Assembly: GCA_028284265.1 (NCBI GenBank)
Contig: JANQRZ010000006.1
Span: forward strand, 327,472-391,471
Length of the DNA: 64,000 nt
Reading direction: 5' to 3'
Origin: Rhodothermales bacterium
Lineage (GTDB): Bacteria; Bacteroidota; Rhodothermia; Rhodothermales; JANQRZ01
The notes beneath the pieces were generated by a model. The model saw only the letters and a list, made by a program, of their open reading frames with translations. It searched no databases and was not told the DNA's origin. The translations under genes were made by a program, and so were the position numbers. Below are positions 37,982 to 46,141 of the stretch, piece by piece. Position 1 is the stretch's first letter. Each line of letters starts with the position of its first letter.

Positions 37982-38191
37982 ATGTCTCTCTCCTCCGAAC
38001 AAACGCTAGATCGCACGGTGGTCCGCAGGGTGCCTCTCCGCGACACCCGGAGCGATGCCGCGTTCTGGCGCTCCCGACCCCCGCACGAGCGGCTTCAGGC
38101 GCTGGAAGCCATCCGGTGCGAATACCACGGCTGGTCCGATGATGCTGTCCCCCGACTTCAGAGAGTTTGCCGCGTGCGCCAACGCATATGA
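37982..38191 (+). CDS. Small hypothetical protein (possible partner of the truncated nucleotidyltransferase)
   Basis: ATG start, 69 aa. Overlaps the start of the fragment at 38139 by ~50 nt. Confidence 0.4.
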   Translation: MSLSSEQTLDRTVVRRVPLRDTRSDAAFWRSRPPHERLQALEAIRCEYHGWSDDAVPRLQRVCRVRQRI

Positions 38192-38219
38192 GGTCCGGTA
38201 TCTGGTCGTCGGAGGCTAC
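38139..38219 (+). pseudogene. 5' remnant (27 codons) of a nucleotidyltransferase-family gene
   Basis: MMLSPDFREFAACANAYEVRYLVVGGY resembles the N-terminus of small nucleotidyltransferases. The similarity stops at the GIY-YIG stop codon (38216-38218). Confidence 0.4.
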
Positions 38220-38500
38220 ATCTCGCTCAGGTCTTGCCACGACGGATTCGTCTCGTTGATGAGTGCCACCTTCTTTGATCGCCGCCACGCTTTGAGTTGC
38301 TTCTCTCGCCGGATGGCCTCGCCCGGCGTCGGGTACGATTCAGCGTAGACCAGCCGGTCTATCGCGTAGCGCGCCGTGAACGCCTCCGGGACTGCATTCG
38401 CTCGGTGTTCCGCCACCCGCCGCTCTAGGTCGTTCGTCATCCCCACGTACAGCGTCCCCGAGCGATTCGTGAGGATGTAGACCCAGTACGTCTTCGCCAT
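38216..38500 (-). CDS. GIY-YIG nuclease-family small protein
   Basis: MAKTYWVYILTNRSGTLYVGMTNDLERRVAEHR. The track's 5' extension uses an ATG created by the repeat terminus. Confidence 0.8.
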   Translation of the reverse strand: MAKTYWVYILTNRSGTLYVGMTNDLERRVAEHRANAVPEAFTARYAIDRLVYAESYPTPGEAIRREKQLKAWRRSKKVALINETNPSWQDLSEM

Positions 38501-38552
38501 GACGGTGTCTCTCCAGTCGGACTCAGAAGGTAAGCGCCCCCTCTTCATCAAC

Positions 38553-38727
38553 GTCATCCCGAGCGTAGTCGAGGGATCTCTAGTGAGATAGCGCCCCCAA
38601 ATCTCGCGGCATTATGCACAGGGTGCTATCCCTTCGCCTAGCTTTCGGTCATAGAAGCGATAGACTGCGGACGGCTTCCCCGGAGAGATCCCTCGACTGC
38701 GGACTGCGTCCTTCGCTCGGGATGACA
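38553..38727. repeat. Palindromic MITE/REP-like element, copy 4
   Basis: GTCATCCCGAGCGTAGTCGAGGGATCTC ... GAGATCCCTCGACTGCGGACTGCGTCCTTCGCTCGGGATGACA. Confidence 0.85.
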
Positions 38728-38749
38728 TCCATTTTGTATGGTGCCACTG

Positions 38750-39595
38750 TCACCGGGCACGCAGGACGAGCGCGATGCCGCCGAGGGTGAGGACCGAGGC
38801 GAGGGCGAGGCGCAGCGTCACGGCCTCGCCGACGAACAGGACACCGCCGAGCGCGGCGAGCACCGGCACGCTGAGTTGGACCGTCGCCGCACTCGTCGCC
38901 CGCAGCGCCGGGAGGACGGCGTACCACACGACGTAGCCCAGCCCCGACGTGACCGCCCCAGAGACGATCGCATACACTAGCCCGCGACTGTCTGCTGCAA
39001 CATCGCCGAGGAGCCACCACGCCGCGCCGAGGCCGACCGCCAGCACCGACGCTCGCGCGAAGTTGCCCGCCGTATCGACCGCCGGGTGCGCCGACCCGTG
39101 CCCGCGCAGCGAGTAGACGCCCCAACCCACGCCCGACGCCGCCATCACGAGCGCCGCGCCGAGCGGGGGTGCTTCCAGTCCGGGGAAGACGAGATAGACC
39201 AGCCCGCCGAGTGCCGCCGCCATGCCGACCGTCTGTCCCGCCGACAGCCGCTCGCCCCGCACCCACCCCCAGCCGATCATCGTGAGTTGGACCGCGCCGA
39301 AGAGGAGGAGCGCGCCGGTGCCGGTGGTGAGGGCGAGGTAGGCGAATGAGAACGCGGCGGCGTAGACGAACAGGGCGACCGCCGACACCCAGCTTCCGCC
39401 CGCCGCACCCGGACTGCGCCACCGGACGATGCCCCACAGCACCAGCGCCCCTGCCCCGACGCGCACCGCCGTAAACGTCGCCGCGTCGATGCCCGTCGTC
39501 TGGAGCGCGAGGCGGCACAGAACCGAGTTGGCCGCGAAGGCCACCATTGTCAGCGCCGTGAGGGCGTAGACAGTGGGGCGGCTGAGCGAGGCCAT
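38750..39595 (-). CDS. EamA/DMT-family transporter
   Basis: Ten predicted hydrophobic helices and two EamA-like halves (ALTMVAFAANSVLCRLAL...). ATG 39595 is preferred. Confidence 0.85.
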   Translation of the reverse strand: MASLSRPTVYALTALTMVAFAANSVLCRLALQTTGIDAATFTAVRVGAGALVLWGIVRWRSPGAAGGSWVSAVALFVYAAAFSFAYLALTTGTGALLLFGAVQLTMIGWGWVRGERLSAGQTVGMAAALGGLVYLVFPGLEAPPLGAALVMAASGVGWGVYSLRGHGSAHPAVDTAGNFARASVLAVGLGAAWWLLGDVAADSRGLVYAIVSGAVTSGLGYVVWYAVLPALRATSAATVQLSVPVLAALGGVLFVGEAVTLRLALASVLTLGGIALVLRAR

Positions 39596-39659
39596 TGTTC
39601 GACTATGCACGTCTTTGCAAAAGGCACCGACTAAAATCGCTAAAGGCGAGTTGCAGGTT

Positions 39660-40850
39660 TTACTGCTCGGCAACTTGGCGGCGTCGAGCCATTAGTTTCT
39701 GGACTGCTGATATGTCCGGTCGATAGGTTCTGCTTTGAGCATTATGAATCAGTAGTCCGATCTCCACCAAGCGCTCGACATCTCTTCTAAGGGTTCGTTC
39801 AGACAACGAACCGTACATTTTAGCGACTGGCGGGCTGACAAGCGGGATGTCATCTAGCGTGTACTCTCTGTCATAAGGCATTTCAAGGATTAATCGCCGC
39901 CTTCGCTTGAAAACATCTTGCTGTGTTATTACCACATCTCCAAATGTATCATAGATATGATGACGCCACGTGATATCAAACTGGCTACGTTGGATGGCTT
40001 CTAGGGTTTTCCTGAGACCATCTCTAAAACCTACGAGTGCGTACTCAAGAAAGTCTGTCAGGTCTCGTTTATGGCGACACAGTTCGAGTTGTCGATAATA
40101 CTCTGTACGAGTCAGGTTATAATGGTTCGACAGAATGTGCGAGGCAATGTCAGGGTATCCTCCTCTGAGGAGGATATAGAACTCCAGAAGTCTACCAGTT
40201 CGACCATTGCCGTCACCGAAAGGATGAATCCACTCAAGATATACGTGTGCAATAATAGCTTCAACGACAATGACTGAGAAGTCCTGCCCTTTGTCATAGT
40301 GGAAGTGCTCCAGAAGCCACTGGCAGTACAGTTCGACTAGTTCCGCAACATCCTCATGGTCAGGGCAGCGGTAGGTACCTACAACGCGGCTGTCAGTGCG
40401 GAAGCGACCTGGAATCGCATCAAATTGTTTGCCTAGCTCAGAGCCTACAATATTATGGAATTGTCTTATCCTATCCGGTGTAATTATGTAGCCTTCATGA
40501 TCATCAGATTGTGCAAGTACGATGTTCTCATGTAGGATATTGAACGCATTTATAATATTACGCACCTCGATTTCTTGGTATTCCTTACTAGGTTCGAGGT
40601 GTTTCCCATCCATTATGCGATCTATCTCCTCCTCCGTAAGAGTATTGCCTTCGATAGCTGTCGTTGCCTGTACACCTTTCCGTAAGGCTACGTGCAGTAG
40701 ATCAGCATAATTCTCCGGAAGTATGGGCGTGTTATTTATCGCCTCTACATATGCTTCACATTGCCCTAGCAGATAAAGCACTTCCTTGGTAAATGTCCAA
40801 TGCTGTCTAAACTGGAGATGTGGATACTTCTCTGTCAGGCGGTGTGACAT
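39660..40850 (-). CDS. Fic-family protein (AMPylase-type motif) with N-terminal inhibitory helix and C-terminal wHTH-like tail
   Basis: Fic motif HPFGDGNGRTGRLL. TAIEGN fits (S/T)xxxE(G/N). Visibly AT-richer than its neighbours. ATG 40850 is preferred. Confidence 0.9.
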   Translation of the reverse strand: MSHRLTEKYPHLQFRQHWTFTKEVLYLLGQCEAYVEAINNTPILPENYADLLHVALRKGVQATTAIEGNTLTEEEIDRIMDGKHLEPSKEYQEIEVRNIINAFNILHENIVLAQSDDHEGYIITPDRIRQFHNIVGSELGKQFDAIPGRFRTDSRVVGTYRCPDHEDVAELVELYCQWLLEHFHYDKGQDFSVIVVEAIIAHVYLEWIHPFGDGNGRTGRLLEFYILLRGGYPDIASHILSNHYNLTRTEYYRQLELCRHKRDLTDFLEYALVGFRDGLRKTLEAIQRSQFDITWRHHIYDTFGDVVITQQDVFKRRRRLILEMPYDREYTLDDIPLVSPPVAKMYGSLSERTLRRDVERLVEIGLLIHNAQSRTYRPDISAVQKLMARRRQVAEQ

Positions 40851-40854
40851 GGCG

Positions 40855-40993
40855 ATTGTCAAGTGTTTTGACAAAACGTTTGACAAAACAGGGGCTCGTT
40901 TTGTCAATATAGTCAAAATCACTCTCTGATCAAGCCTGTTTGGCGCTTATCTGGTCCTTCGCGAAGCAGGATTTTTGACAACTCTCTTGACAC
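40855..40993. promoter_or_regulatory. Array of TTGACAAAA/TTTTGTCAA motifs upstream of the Fic gene
   Basis: TTGTCAA 40856, TTTTGACAAAAC 40866, TTTGACAAAAC 40879, GTTTTGTCAA 40898, GTCAAAA 40912, TTTTTGACAAC 40972, CTTGACAC 40986. Confidence 0.4.
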
Positions 40994-41014
40994 TGGGGTC
41001 GGCATATCATGGTA

Positions 41015-41044
41015 GTGCCCGACTCCATGTTTGAAGTCGGGCAC
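41015..41044 (-). terminator. Perfect 10-bp-stem hairpin 27 nt downstream of the nrdJ stop
   Basis: GTGCCCGACT-CCATGTTTGA-AGTCGGGCAC. No clear U-tract follows. Confidence 0.45.
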
Positions 41045-41071
41045 CATAAGCTAGGCTAGCGAGGATTCAAA

Positions 41072-44000
41072 TTAACCGCAACCCGTGGACGCACCGCAAT
41101 TCGGACACGAATAGCACGCACCCGCGCGGATGGTGATGCCGCCGCAGTTGGAGCAGGCGGGAGCGTCCTCCTGATTGCGGAACGCCGTCTTCGGCTCGGC
41201 CACCGTCTGCGTGTCGGCGGTCTGCATGAAGGCGTCGATGGTCTGGCCGACAAGCGGGCTGACGGTTTCCGTCGGCTCGTCGAACATGCTCATCTGCGTC
41301 TCGTCGGCGGCGGGGCCGCTGCGGTCAACCTCGGCCGCAACGGCCTCGCTAGGGTTTACGACATCCTCCCCCACGTCGTCTGTGATGCCGGGCGCGTCGG
41401 GTTCCGGCGTGGGCTGCCCGAGGAACTTGACCGAGCAGTAGCGGAAGATGTAGTCCATGATCGACTTCGCAATCGGCACCTGCGGGTTGTTGGTGAACCC
41501 GGCCGGCTCGAAGCGCATGTGGCTGAACTTCGAGCACAGGTCTTCGAGCGGGACGCCGTACTGGAGCGCGAGGCTGATCGCGGTGGCGAAGGCGTCCATC
41601 ATCCCGCTGACGGTCGAGCCTTGCTTTGCCATCGTGATGAAGATCTCGCCGGGGAGTTGGGTGTCCGGGTAGAGGCCGATGTGGAGGTAGCCCTCGTGGC
41701 CCGCAATCGAGAACTTGTGCGTGATCGACGGGCGCTCGTCGGGGAGGCGCTTGCGGATGGGCTGGTAGACGATCCGCTCGACGATCTCCGGCTCGCCGAG
41801 GATGGCGTCGGCCATCGCACCGTCGCCCGACACGTCCACTTCCTTGTTCTTCGTGTTGCCGCCTTCCTTCGTCGAGAGCGGCTGGCTCCGCTTCGAGTTC
41901 TCGCGGTAGATGGCGACGGCTTTCAGCCCAAGCTCCCAGCCCTGCTGATACGCCCCCGCGATGTCCTCAATGGTGGCGTGCTCGGGGAGGTTGACCGTCT
42001 TCGAGATCGCGCCCGAGATGAACGGCTGGCAGGCGGCCATCATCTTGATGTGCCCGCCGTAGTGGATCGAGCGCTCGCCATTGAACGGCTTGAAGGCGCA
42101 GTCAAAGACCGGCAGGTGCTCGTCCTTGAGTGCGGGCGCGCCCTCGATGGTGTCGTGCTCGTCGATGTAGGTGAGGATGGCCTCGGCGTCCTGGGCGGAG
42201 TAGCCGAGGCGTCCGAGCGCGTCGCCGACGGTCTGGTTGACGATCTTCATCATCCCGTCGCCCTTGCCCGCGAGGAGCTTGTACTTGACGAGGGCGATGT
42301 CCGGCTCGATGCCGGTCGTGTCGCAGTCCATCATGAAGCCGATGGTGCCGGTCGGCGCGAGGACCGTCGCCTGCGCGTTGCGGTAGCCGTGCTGCTCGCC
42401 GAGCGCGACCATCCGGTCCGCCGACTCCTGCGCTGCCTCTTTGAGATACGCCGGGCACGAGGCGTCGATCTCGGCGACCGCGTCGCGGTGCATCCGCATC
42501 ACGTTGAGGAACGGCTCGCGGTTGGCCTCATAGCCGTTGAACGGGCCGATCTGTTTGTTCGCGGCGATCTCGGCGGAGCGGACGTAGCCTTCGCAGTGCT
42601 CCATCGCCATGATCGCGGCGGCGACGGCGCGGCCCTCGTCCGAGTCGTAGGGCAGGCCCATCGACATCAGCAGCGCGCCGAGGTTGGCGAACCCGAGGCC
42701 GAGCGGCCGGTAGTCGTGCGAGTTGCGGGCGATCTTGGCCGACGGGTAGCCTGCGTTATCGACGAGAATCTCCTGTGCGGTCAGGAAGATGCGGGCGGCA
42801 GCGCGGAAGCGGTCCACGTCGAAGGTGCCGCTCTCGTCCTGGAACTTGCGGAGGTTGAGGCTCGCGAGGTTGCACGCCGAGTTGTCGAGGAACATGTACT
42901 CGGAGCAGTTGTGCACGGCGAGGCCGTTGGCGGCGAAGTGGCTCGTCGCAGGCTCGGTGAGGTCGTAGACCGGCTCGATCCCGAGGAGCGACAGGCTGTC
43001 CACGCGGTCGATCAGGCGGTCGCGGTAGGTGCGGATGCGGGCGTTGAGCTTCCGAAGCTGGCCTGCCTTCGCGCTCTCTTCCATGAACCCGACCTCCTGC
43101 TGGAACCGCATCCGGCTAGAGCGGCACACGCGGAGGCTGTGCATCTGGTCGATCCGCTGCTCGCGTAGCTCGTCGCCCTCGGGAATCAGCGCTGTCATCT
43201 GCCCGAGCGGGCGGCGGTTGCGGACGATCTTCGACCGGATGCCGAAGTTGAGCAGCAGCAACTGGACCTGCTGGAGCAGTTCTTCCGAGGTCGAGTTCAG
43301 GCCGACGTACTGGCTCCGGTTGCCGTAGTTGACGACGACCCCGGCAGCGGTGAAGAGGCCGCGCAGCAGCGCCGCCGTGCCCTCGCGGTCGAGGCGGAGC
43401 GCCCGGTCGGTGAGGCGCTGGGCCGAGGTGTCGTCGGCGAAGACGGCGTAGCCGGTCGTGAGCTTGTAGACGTTCGAGGCCGCGACGGTGAGCGGGGAGG
43501 TGCGCAGTGCAACAGCCACGCCGCCCGACACGTCGCCGACGCTCGGCATCGCCGTTTCCGCGTTGCCGAGGTGGTGGGCCGTCGCGGTGGCTTTGTCGGC
43601 GACGGCGGTCTCCCACACGTCGTGCGGAGCCGGGGCCTTGCCGGAGGGGCGATGGGTTCCGAGGACGAGGCCGACGTACTCCGCCGTATCGCCGTCAAGC
43701 GTCTCGGTGCCGAAGGGCGAGGGCTGGAGGCGGACGATGTCGTCCTTGGTCAGTTCGCAGGCGGGCACATCGCCCCGGTTCTCGGTCCAGACGCGGTGGT
43801 CGGCGGTGAGATGGAGTTCGTAGCCTGCCCGCGTGCGGAGGCGGTAGACCGGCTTCATCCCGGTCTCGATCACCCGCGTCGTGTCGTGCAGCTTTCCGTC
43901 GAGGCCGACCACCTTCGGTGTGGTTCCGACGAGTGCGTCGATCCGCTGCAAGCCCTCGGCGGTGGCGACGAGCGTATCGCCCGTGACGCACGGGTTCGAC

Positions 44001-45175
44001 GAGTTGATGGGGGCGGTGTTGGGGCAGGTGTGCCAGCGCTGGATCGTGTCCTCGTACTGCAGGCCGGGGTCGCCGCAGACCCAGGTGCCCTCGGCGATCT
44101 GGTCGAGGATGGTCTTCGCCTGCACCGTCTCAACCGTCTCGTCGTTCGTGACAGCGCGCAGATTATAGGGTGTCCCGTCGGCGGCGGACTGCATGAACGC
44201 ATCGTCCACGCGCACCGACTGGTTGACGTTCTGGAAGGCGACTGAGCCGTAGGCCGGGCCGTTGAACGAGCCGTCATAGCCCTGCTCGATGAGGGCATGC
44301 GCCTTCTTCTCCTCCTCCTGCTTGGCGTTGACGAACTCCAAGATGTCCGGGTGCCACGACTTCAGCGTCTGCATGATCGCCGCCCGCCGCGTCTTGCCGC
44401 CCGACTTGATGGTGCCGCCCGTCGCGTCTTGTACCTTCATAAAGGAGACTGGGCCCGAGGGGATGCCGCCGCCGGAGAGTTTTTCTTTGGTCGAGCGCAG
44501 CGTGCTCCAGTCCGCCCCGACGCCCGAGCCGAACTTGAAGAGCCGGGCGCTCTCTTCCATCAGCTTCCAGATGTCGTCGATGGAATCATCCACCGCGATG
44601 ATGAAGCACGCGCTCGCCTGCGGGCGCTCGTAGGGATCGACCGACTGAATCGTGTCGGTGGCTGGGTCCCACCCGTAGATCGTCTTACCGCCCGAGTCCT
44701 TGATGCCGTACTGGTGGTGCAGCCCGACGTTGAACCACACGGGCGAGTTGAACGCGCCGTACTGGTTGGCGCAGAGCCACGTCAGTTCGTCGTAGAACGT
44801 CTCGGCGTCGGCCTCGCTGGCGAAGTAGTGCTGGTCGCGGCCCCAGTCGGAGATAGTCCGGGTGACGCGGTGGACGAGTTGCTTCAGGCTGTACTCGCGC
44901 TGGCCGTCGGCGGGCGTGCCGTTGCCCGCGCCGATGTCACCATAGAAATACTTCGAGGCGACGACGTTGGTGGCAAGCTGGCTCCACGATGTCGGAAACT
45001 CGACGTCCTTCTGCTCGAAGATGACCTCGCCCGTGTGGCTCTTGATCGCGGCGTCTCGGTGTTCCCATTCGAGGCTGTCGAACGGTGCGTCCCCCTCGGT
45101 CGAGAACGTGCGGTCGATCGAGAGGCCGTGGGTGAGCGCGTCGGCGGGTGGGGTGGAGGTCTTCTTTCGGGGCAT
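41072..45175 (-). CDS. nrdJ: Adenosylcobalamin-dependent (class II) ribonucleotide reductase, intein-containing precursor
   Basis: Contains ...GSGVGADWSTLRS..., the NSSNP|intein|CSEYMFLDNSACNLASLNL junction, and a C-terminal Cys-rich tail CSNCGG...CYSCPNCG. ATG 45175 is preferred over 45280. Confidence 0.9.
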   Translation of the reverse strand: MPRKKTSTPPADALTHGLSIDRTFSTEGDAPFDSLEWEHRDAAIKSHTGEVIFEQKDVEFPTSWSQLATNVVASKYFYGDIGAGNGTPADGQREYSLKQLVHRVTRTISDWGRDQHYFASEADAETFYDELTWLCANQYGAFNSPVWFNVGLHHQYGIKDSGGKTIYGWDPATDTIQSVDPYERPQASACFIIAVDDSIDDIWKLMEESARLFKFGSGVGADWSTLRSTKEKLSGGGIPSGPVSFMKVQDATGGTIKSGGKTRRAAIMQTLKSWHPDILEFVNAKQEEEKKAHALIEQGYDGSFNGPAYGSVAFQNVNQSVRVDDAFMQSAADGTPYNLRAVTNDETVETVQAKTILDQIAEGTWVCGDPGLQYEDTIQRWHTCPNTAPINSSNPCVTGDTLVATAEGLQRIDALVGTTPKVVGLDGKLHDTTRVIETGMKPVYRLRTRAGYELHLTADHRVWTENRGDVPACELTKDDIVRLQPSPFGTETLDGDTAEYVGLVLGTHRPSGKAPAPHDVWETAVADKATATAHHLGNAETAMPSVGDVSGGVAVALRTSPLTVAASNVYKLTTGYAVFADDTSAQRLTDRALRLDREGTAALLRGLFTAAGVVVNYGNRSQYVGLNSTSEELLQQVQLLLLNFGIRSKIVRNRRPLGQMTALIPEGDELREQRIDQMHSLRVCRSSRMRFQQEVGFMEESAKAGQLRKLNARIRTYRDRLIDRVDSLSLLGIEPVYDLTEPATSHFAANGLAVHNCSEYMFLDNSACNLASLNLRKFQDESGTFDVDRFRAAARIFLTAQEILVDNAGYPSAKIARNSHDYRPLGLGFANLGALLMSMGLPYDSDEGRAVAAAIMAMEHCEGYVRSAEIAANKQIGPFNGYEANREPFLNVMRMHRDAVAEIDASCPAYLKEAAQESADRMVALGEQHGYRNAQATVLAPTGTIGFMMDCDTTGIEPDIALVKYKLLAGKGDGMMKIVNQTVGDALGRLGYSAQDAEAILTYIDEHDTIEGAPALKDEHLPVFDCAFKPFNGERSIHYGGHIKMMAACQPFISGAISKTVNLPEHATIEDIAGAYQQGWELGLKAVAIYRENSKRSQPLSTKEGGNTKNKEVDVSGDGAMADAILGEPEIVERIVYQPIRKRLPDERPSITHKFSIAGHEGYLHIGLYPDTQLPGEIFITMAKQGSTVSGMMDAFATAISLALQYGVPLEDLCSKFSHMRFEPAGFTNNPQVPIAKSIMDYIFRYCSVKFLGQPTPEPDAPGITDDVGEDVVNPSEAVAAEVDRSGPAADETQMSMFDEPTETVSPLVGQTIDAFMQTADTQTVAEPKTAFRNQEDAPACSNCGGITIRAGACYSCPNCGASTGCG
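42908..43990 (-). mobile_element. Intein (361 aa) within nrdJ, with degenerate LAGLIDADG-like middle domain
   Basis: Begins CVTGDTLV (Cys codon TGC = complement of 43988-43990). Block B is LTADHRVWT. Ends ...ANGLAVHN (AAC = complement of 42908-42910), followed by the +1 Cys. Confidence 0.85.
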
Positions 45176-45395
45176 GGCGGGGTGTCCGTTATTGATGGTG
45201 GGTGAACTCAACGTTCGCAGCAAGGCGTGCCTAGTAAATAACAGGACTTTCGCCTCGACCGCAAGTCTACTTTCCCACACGATATCTACACCCGTTCACA
45301 CGATTTCGCCGTGACTTGTCCACAGGGAGGCGTCGCGCTAAGGTGACGCTGGGGCCGCGTAAACGCACATTTGACATCCGTTATTTTTATTCATA

Positions 45396-45430
45396 CACAA
45401 GAGGGTACACGCTGTGGATAACCTCTTGTG
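45396..45430 (-). promoter_or_regulatory. Hairpin carrying a perfect DnaA-box sequence in the nrdJ upstream region
   Basis: CACAAGAGG(17-nt loop)CCTCTTGTG. TGTGGATAA at 45413-45421 is TTATCCACA on the minus strand. A one-mismatch box TTGTCCACA lies at 45316-45324. Confidence 0.35.
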
Positions 45431-45509
45431 ATCCGGGGTGCTGAAATGGGCCACAATAACAGCGCTTCAGCGGGACCGATAACGGCTATCAAGCAGGGGG
45501 CAACTGCTT

Positions 45510-46130
45510 CTACAGGTCCGCTTGGTAGCGGGCGACCATCGCCTCCTGCGACTCTGCGGGGCCGTCGGACCCGATCTGGTCGTTCAGCATCCGACCCATC
45601 GTCGGGAGCACGGAGCGGTCCCGCATGCTCGCAGGGTCCCACAGCCGGGAGCGCATGAGCGCCTTCGCGCAGTGGAGATACGCCTCCTCGACCGCTACCT
45701 CAATGACGACACGAGGCGTCCGCTTCTCCTTGGCGAATCGCACCGTCTTCTCCGGGTCTGCCGAGACGGTGGCTTGGCCGTTGACGCGCAGGGTCTCGTC
45801 CACGCCGGGGATGAGGAAGAGCAGTCCGATTTGCCCGGTCTCGATGAGGTTTTCCAGCGTATCGAGCCGGTTGTTGCCCGGCGAATCCGGGAGCCACAGC
45901 GTCCGGTCATCGATCACCTCGACGAACCCCGGCTCCCCGCCACGCGGCGAGGCGTCGAAGCCTCCGGCCTCGCCTCCGCTGGCGATCACCACGAACGGCG
46001 AGAGCGCGATGAACCGTCGGCAGTGTGTGTCGAGGTGGTCGAGTTGCTTTTTGACGGCCCGACCTTTCGGCGGCGGATAAAGCTCCCGAAGCGCGGCAAC
46101 GGAATCGATCCCCTCGTGCGGTGGCGACAT
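45510..46130 (-). CDS. PPOX-class (pyridoxamine 5'-phosphate oxidase family) FMN-dependent protein
   Basis: FIALSPFVVIAS...DASPRGGEPGFV...LWLPDSPGNNRLDTLENL...GLLFLIPG..ETLRVNG. Confidence 0.75.
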   Translation of the reverse strand: MSPPHEGIDSVAALRELYPPPKGRAVKKQLDHLDTHCRRFIALSPFVVIASGGEAGGFDASPRGGEPGFVEVIDDRTLWLPDSPGNNRLDTLENLIETGQIGLLFLIPGVDETLRVNGQATVSADPEKTVRFAKEKRTPRVVIEVAVEEAYLHCAKALMRSRLWDPASMRDRSVLPTMGRMLNDQIGSDGPAESQEAMVARYQADL

Positions 46131-46141
46131 CGACTCAGCGA

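Noticed and set aside
38649-39518. A 289-aa G/R-rich ORF in an alternative frame of the EamA transporter gene.
   Set aside because: It is an off-frame artefact. The transporter frame gives ten coherent hydrophobic helices.
41519-45205. Long plus-strand ORFs (549, 302 and 224 aa, among others) opposite nrdJ.
   Set aside because: They are antisense to a gene with unmistakable RNR and intein motifs. Their sequences are low-complexity and lack any family signature.
45316-45421. The DnaA boxes considered as a marker of a replication origin.
   Set aside because: There is only one perfect box and one near-match. No box cluster, AT-rich unwinding element or dnaA/dnaN genes are nearby, so promoter regulation is more plausible.
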